A DNA stretch of 60,137 bases from an uncultured Clostridia bacterium (lineage in GTDB: Bacteria > Bacillota > Clostridia > TANB77 > CAG-508): the NCBI GenBank assembly GCA_944386205.1, contig CALXAE010000001.1:1-60137 (forward strand), written 5' to 3'. The notes under the pieces were generated by a model, which did not search any database, was not told the DNA's origin, and saw nothing but the letters and a program-made list of their open reading frames with translations. Each line of letters starts with the position of its first letter. Within the stretch, counting starts at the first letter, position 1. Positions 1 through 10,123 of this stretch are shown here, piece by piece. The position numbers and the translations under genes are program-made.

Positions 1-752
1 GCAAATCTACCACCATCTAATTGTACCATTGGTCTTAAATCTGGTGGAATAACTGGAATAACATTCATAACCATCCATTCAGGTCTATTTCCTGAAAGTC
101 TAAATGCTTCTACAGTATCTAATCTTTTTATAAGTTTACTTTTCTTTTGTTCACTTGCATTTTCTAATTCTTTTCTAATTTGAGCTGATAATTTTTCTAC
201 ATCAATTTGTTCTAGTAATTCTCTTAAAGCTTCTGCTCCCATTTTTGCTTTAAATGAACCTCTACCATATTTCTCTTCTGCCTCATGGTATTCTTTTTCA
301 TTTAGCACTTGGCATTTTTCTAAACCTGATGTTCCTTTATCAATTACAACATAAGATGCAAAATAAATAATTTTTTCTAGGTTTCTTGGTGAAATATCAA
401 GCATTAAAGCAATTCTGCTTGGAATTCCTTTAAAATACCAGATATGTGCTACTGGTGCCGCTAGCTCAATATGTCCCATTCTTTCTCTTCTTACTTTTGA
501 TTTTGTAACTTCAACACCACATCTGTCACACACAATACCTTTATATCTAACCCTTTTATATTTACCACAATGACATTCCCAGTCCTTTGTTGGACCAAAT
601 ATTCTTTCACAGAAAAGTCCATCTTTTTCTGGTTTTAATGTTCTATAGTTAATAGTCTCTGGTTTTTTTACTTCACCTTTTGACCATTCTCTAATCTTTT
701 CATCTGATGCAATCCCTATTTTTAATTTATTAAAAATATCTAATTCGTCCAC
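1..752 (-). CDS. rpoC: DNA-directed RNA polymerase subunit beta' (N-terminal ~250 aa; gene continues past the left edge)
   Basis: Not in the ORF track because it runs off the edge. Reverse-strand translation from GTG at 752 (GGGGG RBS 7 nt upstream) gives [83 protein letters not shown]... This is the conserved beta' N-terminus including the Cys4 zinc motif. Confidence 0.93.
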   Translation of the reverse strand, partial: MDELDIFNKLKIGIASDEKIREWSKGEVKKPETINYRTLKPEKDGLFCERIFGPTKDWECHCGKYKRVRYKGIVCDRCGVEVTKSKVRRERMGHIELAAPVAHIWYFKGIPSRIALMLDISPRNLEKIIYFASYVVIDKGTSGLEKCQVLNEKEYHEAEEKYGRGSFKAKMGAEALRELLEQIDVEKLSAQIRKELENASEQKKSKLIKRLDTVEAFRLSGNRPEWMVMNVIPVIPPDLRPMVQLDGGRF

Positions 753-775
753 TTTATTTCCCCCTTGAACCAATA

Positions 776-1031
776 GGGACGTGCCAAAATGGTCAAAACT
801 AGAACAATAGCGGACATTTTTAACATTTTTTCTGTTTATAACATTTTAAAGTCCGCGTCATTGTTCGGCACCAATTTTACTTAAAGTAAAATTGTGTGCA
901 TTTTTTGATATTTTTGAAAAATGTAAATTTTTCAAAAATTGACCAAAAGGGACAGACCCTATTGCTTAGTAATATCTTAAACATTTAGGTCTGTCCCTTT
1001 TGGACAAAAATTGTCCATTTTGGCACGTCCC
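776..1031. repeat. Nested inverted-repeat (MITE/REP-like) element just upstream of rpoC
   Basis: The outer arms GGGACGTGCCAAAATGGTCA (776-795) and TGTCCATTTTGGCACGTCCC (1012-1031) are inverted. The inner arms CCAAAAGGGACAGACC (943-958) and GGTCTGTCCCTTTTGG (988-1003) are also inverted. Further perfect hairpins are TTTTTGAAAAAT/ATTTTTCAAAAA (911-938) and CAATTTTACTT/AGTAAAATTG (about 873-905). The 44-nt right end (988-1031) recurs at 52262-52305 with 43/44 identity. Confidence 0.6.
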
Positions 1032-1163
1032 TAACGTTCTTATGGGTAATTCTAAAACAGGCGAAGAGGTCTAGCCACCGCTGGTGCAATTCCTTCCTGT
1101 CGCCCCTTTCCTTTTTAGAATTTATTCAATTATTTTATTATCTATTAAAATTACACAGTTATT

Positions 1164-1496
1164 TCATATTACCATTTCCATTTGTTGTTTATTCATTTGC
1201 ATTGATTCTCTATGCATTTGCTCCTCTTTTGATTGTTTTTTTAGTCTTAATATATATTGTCCATTCCCAATCATTGTTACTTTTGAATACATTGCTAAAT
1301 TTGTGATTACTCTATCAAATTCTTTTTTTATAGCTCTGTTTGCTTCTCTAATATCTTGTATTTCATGATGTTTCATATATCTTTCAGTAACTAATTGTCT
1401 ATTGAAGATTTCTCCATCTTCAAAACATTCTTTTAATACCGTTACTATTCTTGTATATGCTGATTCACTATCCATTCTTTCTACAAATGTTGCCAT
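1164..1496 (-). CDS. Hypothetical 110-aa protein encoded inside the rpoB-rpoC spacer
   Basis: ORF-track ORF (MATFVERMDSESAYTRIV...), same strand as rpoB/rpoC. A GGAGG RBS (AAATGGAGGAAATATG) lies directly upstream. I do not recognise a family. Confidence 0.5.
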   Translation of the reverse strand: MATFVERMDSESAYTRIVTVLKECFEDGEIFNRQLVTERYMKHHEIQDIREANRAIKKEFDRVITNLAMYSKVTMIGNGQYILRLKKQSKEEQMHRESMQMNKQQMEMVI

Positions 1497-1508
1497 ATTT
1501 CCTCCATT

Positions 1509-1643
1509 TTATTTTAATACATTTTCAACTTTTCCTTTATGCCATTCTTCCTGGGTAGGATATTCTTCAAATGCATCTTTTAAATCTTTAACTTTTCCAT
1601 ATTCATAAGCCATTTTCAAAAAATCACTTAATTCTTTTTGCAT
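1509..1643 (-). CDS. Hypothetical 44-aa protein (below the ORF-track size cut-off)
   Basis: Hand translation gives MQKELSDFLKMAYEYGKVKDLKDAFEEYPTQEEWHKGKVENVLK*. An AGGAG RBS (GGAAAGGAGACTAATCATG) precedes it. The stop lies 12 nt before the start of the 110-aa ORF, so the two look like a small two-gene unit. Confidence 0.4.
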   Translation of the reverse strand: MQKELSDFLKMAYEYGKVKDLKDAFEEYPTQEEWHKGKVENVLK

Positions 1644-1682
1644 GATTAGTCTCCTTTCCATTCCATTTTTTTGTAACACAAA

Positions 1683-1878
1683 AGGATTTCCTTTTTCGAA
1701 TTAATGACGTCCTTTTTTTCTTGCTAATTACTTACTTCGTAAACGAAGCAAAAGTAATTCATCTTTACCTTGATTTGTAAAACGAAATAAATTAGGTATA
1801 TTACTAGGCAATTCGGAAAAGAAAACCAGAGGCGTACTCTTTGTACGTCGAGGATTTTCTTTTTCGAATTAACGACGT
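1683..1878. repeat. 28-nt direct repeat pair with associated hairpins, immediately 3' of rpoB
   Basis: AGGATTTCCTTTTTCGAATTAATGACGT (1683-1710) and AGGATTTTCTTTTTCGAATTAACGACGT (1851-1878) match at 26/28 positions. The second copy pairs with AATTCGGAAAAGAAAACC (1810-1827) to form a long hairpin. Between the copies is the hairpin AATTACTT ACTTCG TAAA CGAAG CAAAAGTAATT (about 1726-1759). Confidence 0.55.
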
Positions 1879-1900
1879 AAGATGCCTGATTTAGTTCGTT

Positions 1901-4900
1901 TTAAATGATGTCATTATCATTATCTAAGTTATCCCCTGTCAAATCACTATCAAAGAACATCTCATCATCTTCATCATCTAAACCTTCAAACAACTCATCA
2001 TTTCCGTCATCCAAAGGTTCTTCATCGTCTAATAGCATATCATCCTCTGTCTCTTCTGTATAGCCATCATCTAAATCTCCGTCTGCAACAACTTCATCTT
2101 CAGCTAGATATCTCTTTTCTTTTTCTGGATCATATTCAATTCCGTCTTCTATATTTTCTTTTAGTTCTAATTCTTGATTATCTTCAGAATATAGTCTAAC
2201 ATCTAATCCTAAAGATTGAAGTTCTTTTACTAATACCTTGAAGCTTTCTGGAACACCTGGTTCTGGAACATTTTCACCTTTAACAATCGCTTCATATGTT
2301 TTTACTCTTCCGACAACATCGTCAGATTTTACAGTTAACATTTCTTGTAATGTATATGAAGCACCATAAGCCTCTAATGCCCAAACTTCCATTTCTCCAA
2401 AACGTTGTCCACCAAATTGTGCTTTTCCTCCCAGAGGTTGTTGTGTAACTAATGAGTATGGTCCTGTTGAACGAGCATGGATTTTATCATCTACTAAGTG
2501 ATGTAGTTTTAACATATACATAACACCAACTGTGATTGGACTTGCAAATGGTTCTCCTGTTCTACCATCATATAGTGTTGTTTTACCATCTTTGTTCATT
2601 CCAGCTTCTGCTAGTAGTTTTTCAACATCTTCTTGTGTTGCACCATCAAATACTGGTGTAGATACATGCCATCCTAATGCTTTTGCAGCTCCTCCTAAGT
2701 GAACTTCTAGTACTTGACCTAAGTTCATACGAGATGGAACTCCAAGAGGGTTTAATAAGATGTCAATTGGTGTACCATCTGGCATAAATGGCATATCTTC
2801 TTCTGGTAATACTCTTGAGATAACACCTTTGTTACCGTGTCTACCTGCCATTTTATCTCCAACTGATATTTTTCTCTTTGTTGCAATATAACATCTGATA
2901 ATTTGGTTAACTCCAGGTCCCAATTCGTCTGAGTTTTCTCTTGTAAAGATTTTAACATCTACGATGGTTCCCGCTTCTCCATGAGGTACTCTTAATGATG
3001 TATCTCTTACTTCTCTTGCTTTTTCACCAAAGATAGCTCTTAATAATCTTTCTTCAGCTGTTAATTCTGTTTCTCCCTTTGGTGTTACTTTTCCAACCAA
3101 AATATCTCCTGGTCTTACTTCTGCACCAATACGGATAATTCCATTTTCATCTAGGTCTTTTAATGAGTCATCACCAATATTTGGTATATCTCTTGTAATT
3201 TCTTCTGCTCCTAGTTTTGTATCTCTACATTCACAATCATATTCTTCTATATGAATAGATGTAAATACATCTTCTTTTACTAATCTTTCATTTAATAAAA
3301 TCGCATCCTCATAGTTATATCCTTCCCATGTTGAGAAAGCAACTAATACATTTTTACCTAATGCCATTTCTCCATTTTTTGTTGATGGTCCATCTGCAAT
3401 GGCATCTCCTTTTTTTACAATTTCACCTTTTTTTACGATTGGTTTTTGGTTAATACATGTTCCACCATTTGTTCTTTTGAACTTACGTAATTTATGTACG
3501 ACTTTTTTTCCATTATCATATTTAACGGTAATTGCATCTCCAGTTACTTTTTCAATAACACCATCATCTTCTGCTAATACTAAGATTCCTGAATCTTTTG
3601 CTGCTCTGTATTCAATACCTGTTCCAACAATTGGACTTTCTGTAATCATAAGTGGTACTGCTTGACGTTGCATGTTTGCACCCATCAATGCTCTTTTTGC
3701 ATCATCATGCTCTAAGAATGGAATCATAGCTGCTGCAATAGAAACTAATTGTTTTGGAGAAACATCTACATATTGTACTTTTTCTCTATCTACTTCAATT
3801 ACTTCATTTCTAAATCTTACTCTAATTCTTGGATGTACAAAGCTTCCGTCTTTGTTAATTGGTTCTGATGCTTGTGCAATAATATAATTATCTTCTACAT
3901 CTGCGCTCATATATTCTACTGTATCTGTTAATTTGTGTGTTTCTGGGTCTACTTTTCTATATGGTGTTTCAATAAATCCATATTCATTAATTTGTGCAAA
4001 TGATGATAATGCTGAGATTAATCCAATGTTTGGTCCTTCTGGAGATTCAATTGGACATAATCTACCATAATGTGTATAGTGAATATCACGAACCTCGAAT
4101 CCTGCTCTATCTCTTGTTAATCCTCCAGGTCCTAATGCAGAAATTCTTCTTTTATGTGTTAATTCTGAAAGTGGATTTGTTTGGTCCATAAATTGTGACA
4201 ATTGTGAGCTTCCAAAGAATTCTCTAATTGCTGATGTAATTGGTTTTGTATTAATTAGAGTTTGTGGTGTTACAACATCTAAGTCTTGAATTGTCATTCT
4301 TTCACGAACAACTCTTTCTAATCTTGTTAAACCAATTCTAAATTGATTTTGTAACAATTCACCAACACAACGAATTCTACGGTTTGCTAAGTGGTCAATA
4401 TCATCTGGTTCACCTAATCCATGTGATAAGTTTAGTAAATAGTTAATAGAAGCTATCATATCTTCTGTTGTGATATGTTTTGGTACTAATTCATTTTGTC
4501 TTTCTTCTATTATTTTTACTAGTTCTTTTTCGTCAGTATTGTCAATAATATTTTTTAATACATCATAATTTACCAATTCTTTGAAATGTAGTTTGCTTAA
4601 GTCTACATTTGGTAATACTTTGTGGATATTACATGTAGCATTTCCAATGATTCTAACTGTTCTTTCTCCAACAGTAATGTCTACCACATTAATTCCAGCA
4701 TTTTGGATATTTTCTGCAACTTCTTCTGTTATCACTTCTCCTGCTTGTACAAAAACTTCTCCAGTTTCGCCATCTACAACATCTGTTGCAGCAACTCTTC
4801 CTTTAATTCTTCCTGCTAGTGCTAATTTTTGATTGAATTTATATCTTCCGACTTTTGCTAAATCATATCTTCTATTGTCATAAAATAATCCGTTAAATAG

Positions 4901-5662
4901 GTTTCTTGCAGCATCTGCTGTTGGAAGTTCTCCTGGTCTCAATTTTTTATAAATTTCGATTAATGCTTCATCCTGATCTTTTATTGTATCTTTATTAAGT
5001 GTTGCTTTGATTAATTCTTCATCACCAAATAAATCTAACATTTGTGCATCTGTTGCTACACCAATTGCTCTTAATAAAGTTGTTACTGGAACTTTTCTTG
5101 TTCTATCAACACGAACCCAGAAAATATCGTTTCCATCTGTCTCATATTCCAACCATGCTCCACGAAGTGGCATTACAGTTGATGTATATGTTCTTTTTCC
5201 TGTTTTTGTATCAAATACTTCATCATAATAACATCCAGGTGAACGAACTAATTGGCTGACAACAACTCTTTCTGCTCCATTAATTACAAATGTACCACTA
5301 TCTGTCATTAATGGAAAGTCTCCTAAATAAATTTCTTGCTCTTTGATTTCCCCTGTTTCACGGTTGATTAGTCTTACTTTTACATGTAATCTTGAAGAAT
5401 ATGTTGCATCTCTTTCTTTCGCTTCTTCTACTGTGTACTTTGTCTTGTCCTCCATGTAATAATCAAAAAATTCAAGTACAAGATTTCCTGAATAGTCTTC
5501 GATTGGAGAAATATCTTTTAATACTTCGCCTAGTCCTTCTTCTACAAACCAATCATAAGAATCTCTTTGAACTTTAATCAAGTTTGGCATTTCAATATAG
5601 TCGCCAACTTTTGCGAAATCTTTACGAGAAGCTTTCTCGTAATTTACTTCTTTTAATTTCAA
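1901..5662 (-). CDS. rpoB: DNA-directed RNA polymerase subunit beta, with acidic C-terminal tail
   Basis: Full-length RpoB homology is evident in the translation (e.g. ...[39 protein letters not shown]..., ...[23 protein letters not shown]...). The ORF track starts at GTG 5671, but that GTG lies inside the GAGGTGA RBS. TTG at 5662 (GAGGTGATTTTCTTG) is the more likely start. Confidence 0.97.
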   Translation of the reverse strand: MKLKEVNYEKASRKDFAKVGDYIEMPNLIKVQRDSYDWFVEEGLGEVLKDISPIEDYSGNLVLEFFDYYMEDKTKYTVEEAKERDATYSSRLHVKVRLINRETGEIKEQEIYLGDFPLMTDSGTFVINGAERVVVSQLVRSPGCYYDEVFDTKTGKRTYTSTVMPLRGAWLEYETDGNDIFWVRVDRTRKVPVTTLLRAIGVATDAQMLDLFGDEELIKATLNKDTIKDQDEALIEIYKKLRPGELPTADAARNLFNGLFYDNRRYDLAKVGRYKFNQKLALAGRIKGRVAATDVVDGETGEVFVQAGEVITEEVAENIQNAGINVVDITVGERTVRIIGNATCNIHKVLPNVDLSKLHFKELVNYDVLKNIIDNTDEKELVKIIEERQNELVPKHITTEDMIASINYLLNLSHGLGEPDDIDHLANRRIRCVGELLQNQFRIGLTRLERVVRERMTIQDLDVVTPQTLINTKPITSAIREFFGSSQLSQFMDQTNPLSELTHKRRISALGPGGLTRDRAGFEVRDIHYTHYGRLCPIESPEGPNIGLISALSSFAQINEYGFIETPYRKVDPETHKLTDTVEYMSADVEDNYIIAQASEPINKDGSFVHPRIRVRFRNEVIEVDREKVQYVDVSPKQLVSIAAAMIPFLEHDDAKRALMGANMQRQAVPLMITESPIVGTGIEYRAAKDSGILVLAEDDGVIEKVTGDAITVKYDNGKKVVHKLRKFKRTNGGTCINQKPIVKKGEIVKKGDAIADGPSTKNGEMALGKNVLVAFSTWEGYNYEDAILLNERLVKEDVFTSIHIEEYDCECRDTKLGAEEITRDIPNIGDDSLKDLDENGIIRIGAEVRPGDILVGKVTPKGETELTAEERLLRAIFGEKAREVRDTSLRVPHGEAGTIVDVKIFTRENSDELGPGVNQIIRCYIATKRKISVGDKMAGRHGNKGVISRVLPEEDMPFMPDGTPIDILLNPLGVPSRMNLGQVLEVHLGGAAKALGWHVSTPVFDGATQEDVEKLLAEAGMNKDGKTTLYDGRTGEPFASPITVGVMYMLKLHHLVDDKIHARSTGPYSLVTQQPLGGKAQFGGQRFGEMEVWALEAYGASYTLQEMLTVKSDDVVGRVKTYEAIVKGENVPEPGVPESFKVLVKELQSLGLDVRLYSEDNQELELKENIEDGIEYDPEKEKRYLAEDEVVADGDLDDGYTEETEDDMLLDDEEPLDDGNDELFEGLDDEDDEMFFDSDLTGDNLDNDNDII

Positions 5663-6154
5663 GAAAATCACCTCATATAAAATATTAAGCAGAAATAAGT
5701 ATCAACATTTTTGTTGATTTGATTTATTTGTTAAAAGAAGTCCCTCTTAAATGATAAATTTCTTATCTAAGTTTTAAAATTGTCTGCTCTTACAATTTTA
5801 AATTTGCTTAGGGAAACTTATATTTAATTCCTCTCCTTTTAATTTTTAACTTTTGAATAGAACAATAAAATGTAATTTTTCCTATACCATAAATTTTGAA
5901 TTTATAATTTGATTTTGAAAAGTGTCCTATTTAACTATTAGATAAAATAAACGGCAATAAAAGAGCTGTCAAAAAACTTTCATTTTTCAACTGGCTCTAG
6001 TAAAATATGCAATTTTGTTAAAAACTATTTTTCTTTATTTTAATCACCTTTTTTTATTTTTCTCTAGGCTAATTAAATTCTCTTTTTTCAAATCTATATT
6101 ATTATATATCAAAACTATTACGGAAGTCAATAGTTTTGGACAATTTTTCCAAAT

Positions 6155-6193
6155 AGACAGTTGGAGACAAAAGCTACCTGTCCCCAACTGTCT
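6155..6193 (-). terminator. Hairpin overlapping the 3' end of the AI-2E permease gene
   Basis: AGACAGTTGGAGAC (6155-6168) pairs with GTCCCCAACTGTCT (6180-6193), a 14-bp stem with one mismatch. The U-tract after it on the minus strand is weak (CUAUUUGG). Confidence 0.4.
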
Positions 6194-7313
6194 TCTTTTT
6201 CGTTTCTCTATATTTTATAAAATCATCTAATAAAATTTTAATAACAGCAATAACTGGCACTGCTAAGAACATTCCCAATATTCCAAAATATGCTCCACCA
6301 AAAGTTACTGCAAATAAAACTAATAATGGACTAATTTTTAATGATTTTCCTACAATTCTTGGATTTATAATATTAGCATCAATTTGTTGTAAAATAATAA
6401 CAATAATAACCATCCAAATTGTTTGTGTTAGTCCTCCTGTTATTAATGTGATAATTGCTGAAATTACTGTTGCAATGATTGCACCAACATATGGAATCAT
6501 ATTAAATAAGCCTATAAAGAATCCTAATAATGGTGCATATCTAACTCCCATAATGGTCATAGCAATAGATACTAATATACCTACTACAATTGCATCTAAA
6601 AACTGGCTTGCAATAAATTTAAAGAAAATTTCATTAGAATCATTAAAATATTTATCTATATTTCTATATATTCTTTCTTCAAAAATAGCTCCTGCCAGTT
6701 TTTTGAAAAAAGCTAGTATTTTTCTTCTATCAATTAATATGTATACAGACACAATAATAGCAATAAAAATATCTACAATACTAAAAATTGCTCCAATAGC
6801 ATTTACAACATATCCTAATATTGCTTCTACATCTAAATATTGTTTGATGTCTATATTTTGCAAGTTCTGAATTTCATCTTGTACAATTTGACTTTTTAAC
6901 ACAGAATCTTCTGGCAAATCGTTATATGCATTTATGGCATTTTCGACATAGTGTGGAATACTACTAATAAAATCTGTTATACTTTCAAATACAATTGGTA
7001 AAATAACAGCACATAATATGCTAATTGCTATGATTATAATAATATATACAGTAATAACACTTAATCCTCTTGCTCTTTTTGATATGAATTTAATTTTCAC
7101 TTTTCTATATAGTTCTTCAAATTTTCTTGATGGCATATATAATAAGTATGCGATAAATATACCTATTAAAAATGGACTAATGACACCAAAAAAGGTATTT
7201 AATCCTGCCATTACATTTTCATAATTATCTAAAATTTTATAAATACAAATTAAGGCTACTCCTAAGCAAAACCAATATAACCATTTTTTCCAATTATGTT
7301 TTATTTCATTCAT
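6174..7313 (-). CDS. AI-2E family transporter (PerM/YdiK-like permease, UPF0118)
   Basis: 379-aa polytopic membrane protein. The C-terminal half is typical of this family (...NMIPYVGAIIATVISAIITL...INPRIVGKSLKISPLLVLFAV...GILGMFLAVPV...). Confidence 0.8.
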   Translation of the reverse strand: MNEIKHNWKKWLYWFCLGVALICIYKILDNYENVMAGLNTFFGVISPFLIGIFIAYLLYMPSRKFEELYRKVKIKFISKRARGLSVITVYIIIIIAISILCAVILPIVFESITDFISSIPHYVENAINAYNDLPEDSVLKSQIVQDEIQNLQNIDIKQYLDVEAILGYVVNAIGAIFSIVDIFIAIIVSVYILIDRRKILAFFKKLAGAIFEERIYRNIDKYFNDSNEIFFKFIASQFLDAIVVGILVSIAMTIMGVRYAPLLGFFIGLFNMIPYVGAIIATVISAIITLITGGLTQTIWMVIIVIILQQIDANIINPRIVGKSLKISPLLVLFAVTFGGAYFGILGMFLAVPVIAVIKILLDDFIKYRETKKKTVGDR

Positions 7314-7329
7314 ATAATTCCTCCTTGCA

Positions 7330-8082
7330 TTATTCTATAATTAATCCAACAGGGCAATGATCACTACCCATAATCTCTGGATAAATTAAAGCATCTTTAA
7401 TTTTATCTTTTATATCATTTGATATAATAAAATAGTCAATTCTCCATCCTATATTTTTCTCTCTTGCTTTTCCCATATATGACCACCAACTGTAACAATC
7501 GGTTTTTTCTGGGTATAGAAATCTAAAAGAATCTGTAAAACCAGAATTTAGTAGTTCTGTCATTTTTGCTCTTTCTTCATCTGTAAATCCTGCATTTCCT
7601 CTATTGGATTTTGGATTTTTCAAATCTATTTCTTCATGTGCTACATTCAAGTCTCCACACATAATAACTGGTTTTGTTTTATTCAAATTCACAATATATT
7701 TTCGTATTTCATCTTCCCAAACTTGTCTATAATCCAATCTCTCTAATCCTCTTTTAGCATTAGGTGTGTAGATATCTACCATATAAAAGTCATTAAATTC
7801 TAATGTAATAACTCTTCCTTCTTTATCATGCTCTTCTATTCCAATCCCATAAGTCACACCAATTGGCTCTTTTTTTGTAAATATAGCCGTTCCAGAATAC
7901 CCTTTTCTTTCTGCACTATTCCAATAAGCATGATATCCTTCAAATTTCAAATCGATCTGATCTGGTTGACATTTAGTTTCTTGTATACAAAAAATATCTG
8001 CATCTATTGTTTCAAAAAAATCTTTAAATCCTTTATTAACACAGGCACGTATGCCATTTACATTCCAAGAAATTAATTTCAT
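7330..8082 (-). CDS. xth: Exodeoxyribonuclease III (AP endonuclease, EEP family)
   Basis: MKLISWNVNGIRA...FCIQETK...GYSGTAIF...MCGDLNVAHEEIDL...WRIDYF...GSDHCPV: all Xth/ExoA signature blocks are present. Confidence 0.9.
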   Translation of the reverse strand: MKLISWNVNGIRACVNKGFKDFFETIDADIFCIQETKCQPDQIDLKFEGYHAYWNSAERKGYSGTAIFTKKEPIGVTYGIGIEEHDKEGRVITLEFNDFYMVDIYTPNAKRGLERLDYRQVWEDEIRKYIVNLNKTKPVIMCGDLNVAHEEIDLKNPKSNRGNAGFTDEERAKMTELLNSGFTDSFRFLYPEKTDCYSWWSYMGKAREKNIGWRIDYFIISNDIKDKIKDALIYPEIMGSDHCPVGLIIE

Positions 8083-8101
8083 AATTTAGTGCATTCCTTT
8101 C

Positions 8102-8138
8102 TAAAAAAATATGCTAGATTTAAACATTCTAGCATATT
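8102..8138 (-). terminator. Rho-independent terminator after the 3D-domain gene
   Basis: Perfect 11-bp stem AATATGCTAGA / TCTAGCATATT (8108-8118 / 8128-8138), followed on the minus strand by a U7 run (A-run 8103-8109 on plus). Confidence 0.7.
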
Positions 8139-8153
8139 ATACAATATATTCTC

Positions 8154-9089
8154 TTAATTTACAACACTTACATTTAAGTATCTTACACCCCATTGTAGAG
8201 CCTCGGCATGTGTATTAACAAATATATCAATTTTGTTACCATTAATTGCGCCACCTCTATCTTCAACTGTATATATGTGTCCACCAATGTTTAATTTTGT
8301 TCCGAAAGCAAATTTACTAGATGCTGCCACAGTTCTTCCGGCTGTTGCTGTTGTTCCTGATGCTGTTCTTCCATTTGTTTTTCCACAACATTTTGCACAT
8401 GGACAATATGCTGTGATTTTATATACAGTTCCTCCTGATGTGTTTGAAGTACTTGTTGTTCTTGGTAGTGTTGAACTTCTTGAAGTTGCTTTCTTTTGTA
8501 CTTGAACAATTCTGTCTACTGGTTCTTGTACCACAACTTCTGATATAACTGACTTTTCAATTTCTACATCATTTTGATATTTTACTTTATAGGTTACTTC
8601 TTTTAACCCATCTTTTCCCTCTTGAACTACTTTATTTGTAGTATCTGTTGTTGCTCCTGTTGTATTTTTTGTAATGGTTTCATAAGGGATTACTACTTGT
8701 TCTACAATGATTTTTTCTGTTATTGGTGCATAATTTTCTAGTAATTGGTCTAATGAAGTTTCAATTCCTTCTTCTGATATTTTAGCGATTTGCACCTCAT
8801 TGTATGATTTGTCTGTTATTTTAATTGTATCTCCTGATGATACCTCACTATCTAAATCTGGTATTGTCTTTTGGTCTTCATTTAATATAATGTTATTTTC
8901 ACTTAAGATATCTGACACTTTTGATTTTGATGTTAAAGCTGTCATTTCATATCCATTTTGCAATGTGATTGTTATGTCTTTTAAATCTGTGTTAACTGCC
9001 ATTACACTAATTCCTGATATTAAAATTAAAATGATTGTTACACAGATAATCTTCATGATAGAAATTGAAGCCTTTTCTTCTCTTCTCAT
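8154..9089 (-). CDS. DUF348-G5-3D domain cell-wall protein (YabE/RpfB-like architecture)
   Basis: N-terminal TM/signal segment. A G5-like block follows (VQEGKDGLKEVTYKVKYQNDVEIEKSVISEVVVQEPVDRIVQV). The C-terminal 3D domain reads YKITAYCPCAKCCGKTNGRTASGT...GGHIYTVEDRGGAINGNKIDIF. Confidence 0.8.
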   Translation of the reverse strand: MRREEKASISIMKIICVTIILILISGISVMAVNTDLKDITITLQNGYEMTALTSKSKVSDILSENNIILNEDQKTIPDLDSEVSSGDTIKITDKSYNEVQIAKISEEGIETSLDQLLENYAPITEKIIVEQVVIPYETITKNTTGATTDTTNKVVQEGKDGLKEVTYKVKYQNDVEIEKSVISEVVVQEPVDRIVQVQKKATSRSSTLPRTTSTSNTSGGTVYKITAYCPCAKCCGKTNGRTASGTTATAGRTVAASSKFAFGTKLNIGGHIYTVEDRGGAINGNKIDIFVNTHAEALQWGVRYLNVSVVN

Positions 9090-9413
9090 AAAAATAAATT
9101 ACCTCCTTTTGGCAACACAATATTATTATACTATTTTTTTTATTAAAAGTCAAATTTTGGTATCCAATTCATTCAAATGTCTTGTGTCCCTAAGTCATTT
9201 CAGTTTATATTTTGCTCAATTTTACATAATTTTTTATGCTAAAACATTTATATTTGTCCAATTTTTGCCCATACTATACTATATGAAAAATTTTTAAAAA
9301 ATATTACCTTTTTTTCAAAATTTTTTTACCATTTATTCACATTAATATTGTATAAAAATAATTAATATGATATGATAATTTTGTATATAATAAAGAGAAG
9401 GAGGATTTCATAC

Positions 9414-9971
9414 ATGATTGGTTGGATTATTTTAGCAATTGTCGTAGTTATCGTTATTGCTGTTATTGGTATGTACAATAGTCTTGTGCAAGCAAGAATA
9501 AAAGTAGACAATGCATGGAGCCAAATTGATGTACAATTACAAAGAAGATTTGATTTAATTCCTAACTTTGTGGAAACTGTAAAAGGCTACATGACTCATG
9601 AGTCTGAAACTTTTGAAAAAATTGCTGAGCTAAGAACAGCATGGGCAAATACAGAAAACGTTTCTGAAAAAGCAACATTGGATAATGAACTTTCTACTGC
9701 TTTAAAAACAATTATGGCTGTATCTGAAAGTTATCCAGAACTAAAAGCAAATCAAAACTTTTCAGAATTATCAGAAGAATTACGTAATACAGAAAATAAA
9801 ATTTCTTTTTCAAGACAATTTTATAATGATACAGTAACTATGTATAACACAAAATTGGAAGTTTTTCCATCTAACATAATAGCTGGAATATTTAATTTTA
9901 AGGCTCGTGATTTATTTGAAACAGAAAATGAGGAAGCTAGAAAAAATGTAAAAGTAGATTTTAGCAAATAA
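9414..9971 (+). CDS. LemA family membrane protein
   Basis: The track ORF starts at 9372, but GAAGGAGG precedes the ATG at 9414 (MIGWIILAIVVV... TM helix). This is followed by the typical LemA sequence YNSLVQARIKVDNAWSQIDVQLQRRFDLIPN... Confidence 0.85.
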   Translation: MIGWIILAIVVVIVIAVIGMYNSLVQARIKVDNAWSQIDVQLQRRFDLIPNFVETVKGYMTHESETFEKIAELRTAWANTENVSEKATLDNELSTALKTIMAVSESYPELKANQNFSELSEELRNTENKISFSRQFYNDTVTMYNTKLEVFPSNIIAGIFNFKARDLFETENEEARKNVKVDFSK

Positions 9972-10123
9972 AATAATTGCATAGAGGGGATGGGGAATTT
10001 CTCTTTCCTCTTTTTTGCTTATTTAATAGGTTTATAGGTATCACCTCTTCACGTTTTGCAAATATATCATTGCTGAAACATACTAGAAAAAAACCTAAAT
10101 CTAAAATAAGGACTGAAAAAACA

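Noticed and set aside
1040-1110. GC-rich patch in the rpoB-rpoC spacer, considered as a possible tRNA or known small RNA.
   Set aside because: I could not fold a cloverleaf and there is no GTTCxAxxC T-loop on either strand. It looks like a stem-loop followed by GUUUU on the minus strand, i.e. terminator- or attenuator-like. I do not call it as an RNA gene.
1901-2230. Long D/E-rich C-terminal tail of RpoB.
   Set aside because: Acidic C-terminal extensions of RpoB are common in Firmicutes (B. subtilis has one), so I do not treat it as novel.
5672-6173. The 500-nt region upstream of rpoB, examined for a ribosomal-protein leader, riboswitch or small gene.
   Set aside because: I saw only AT-rich sequence and the hairpin at the end of the AI-2E gene. 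No conserved leader or riboswitch core could be recognised by eye.
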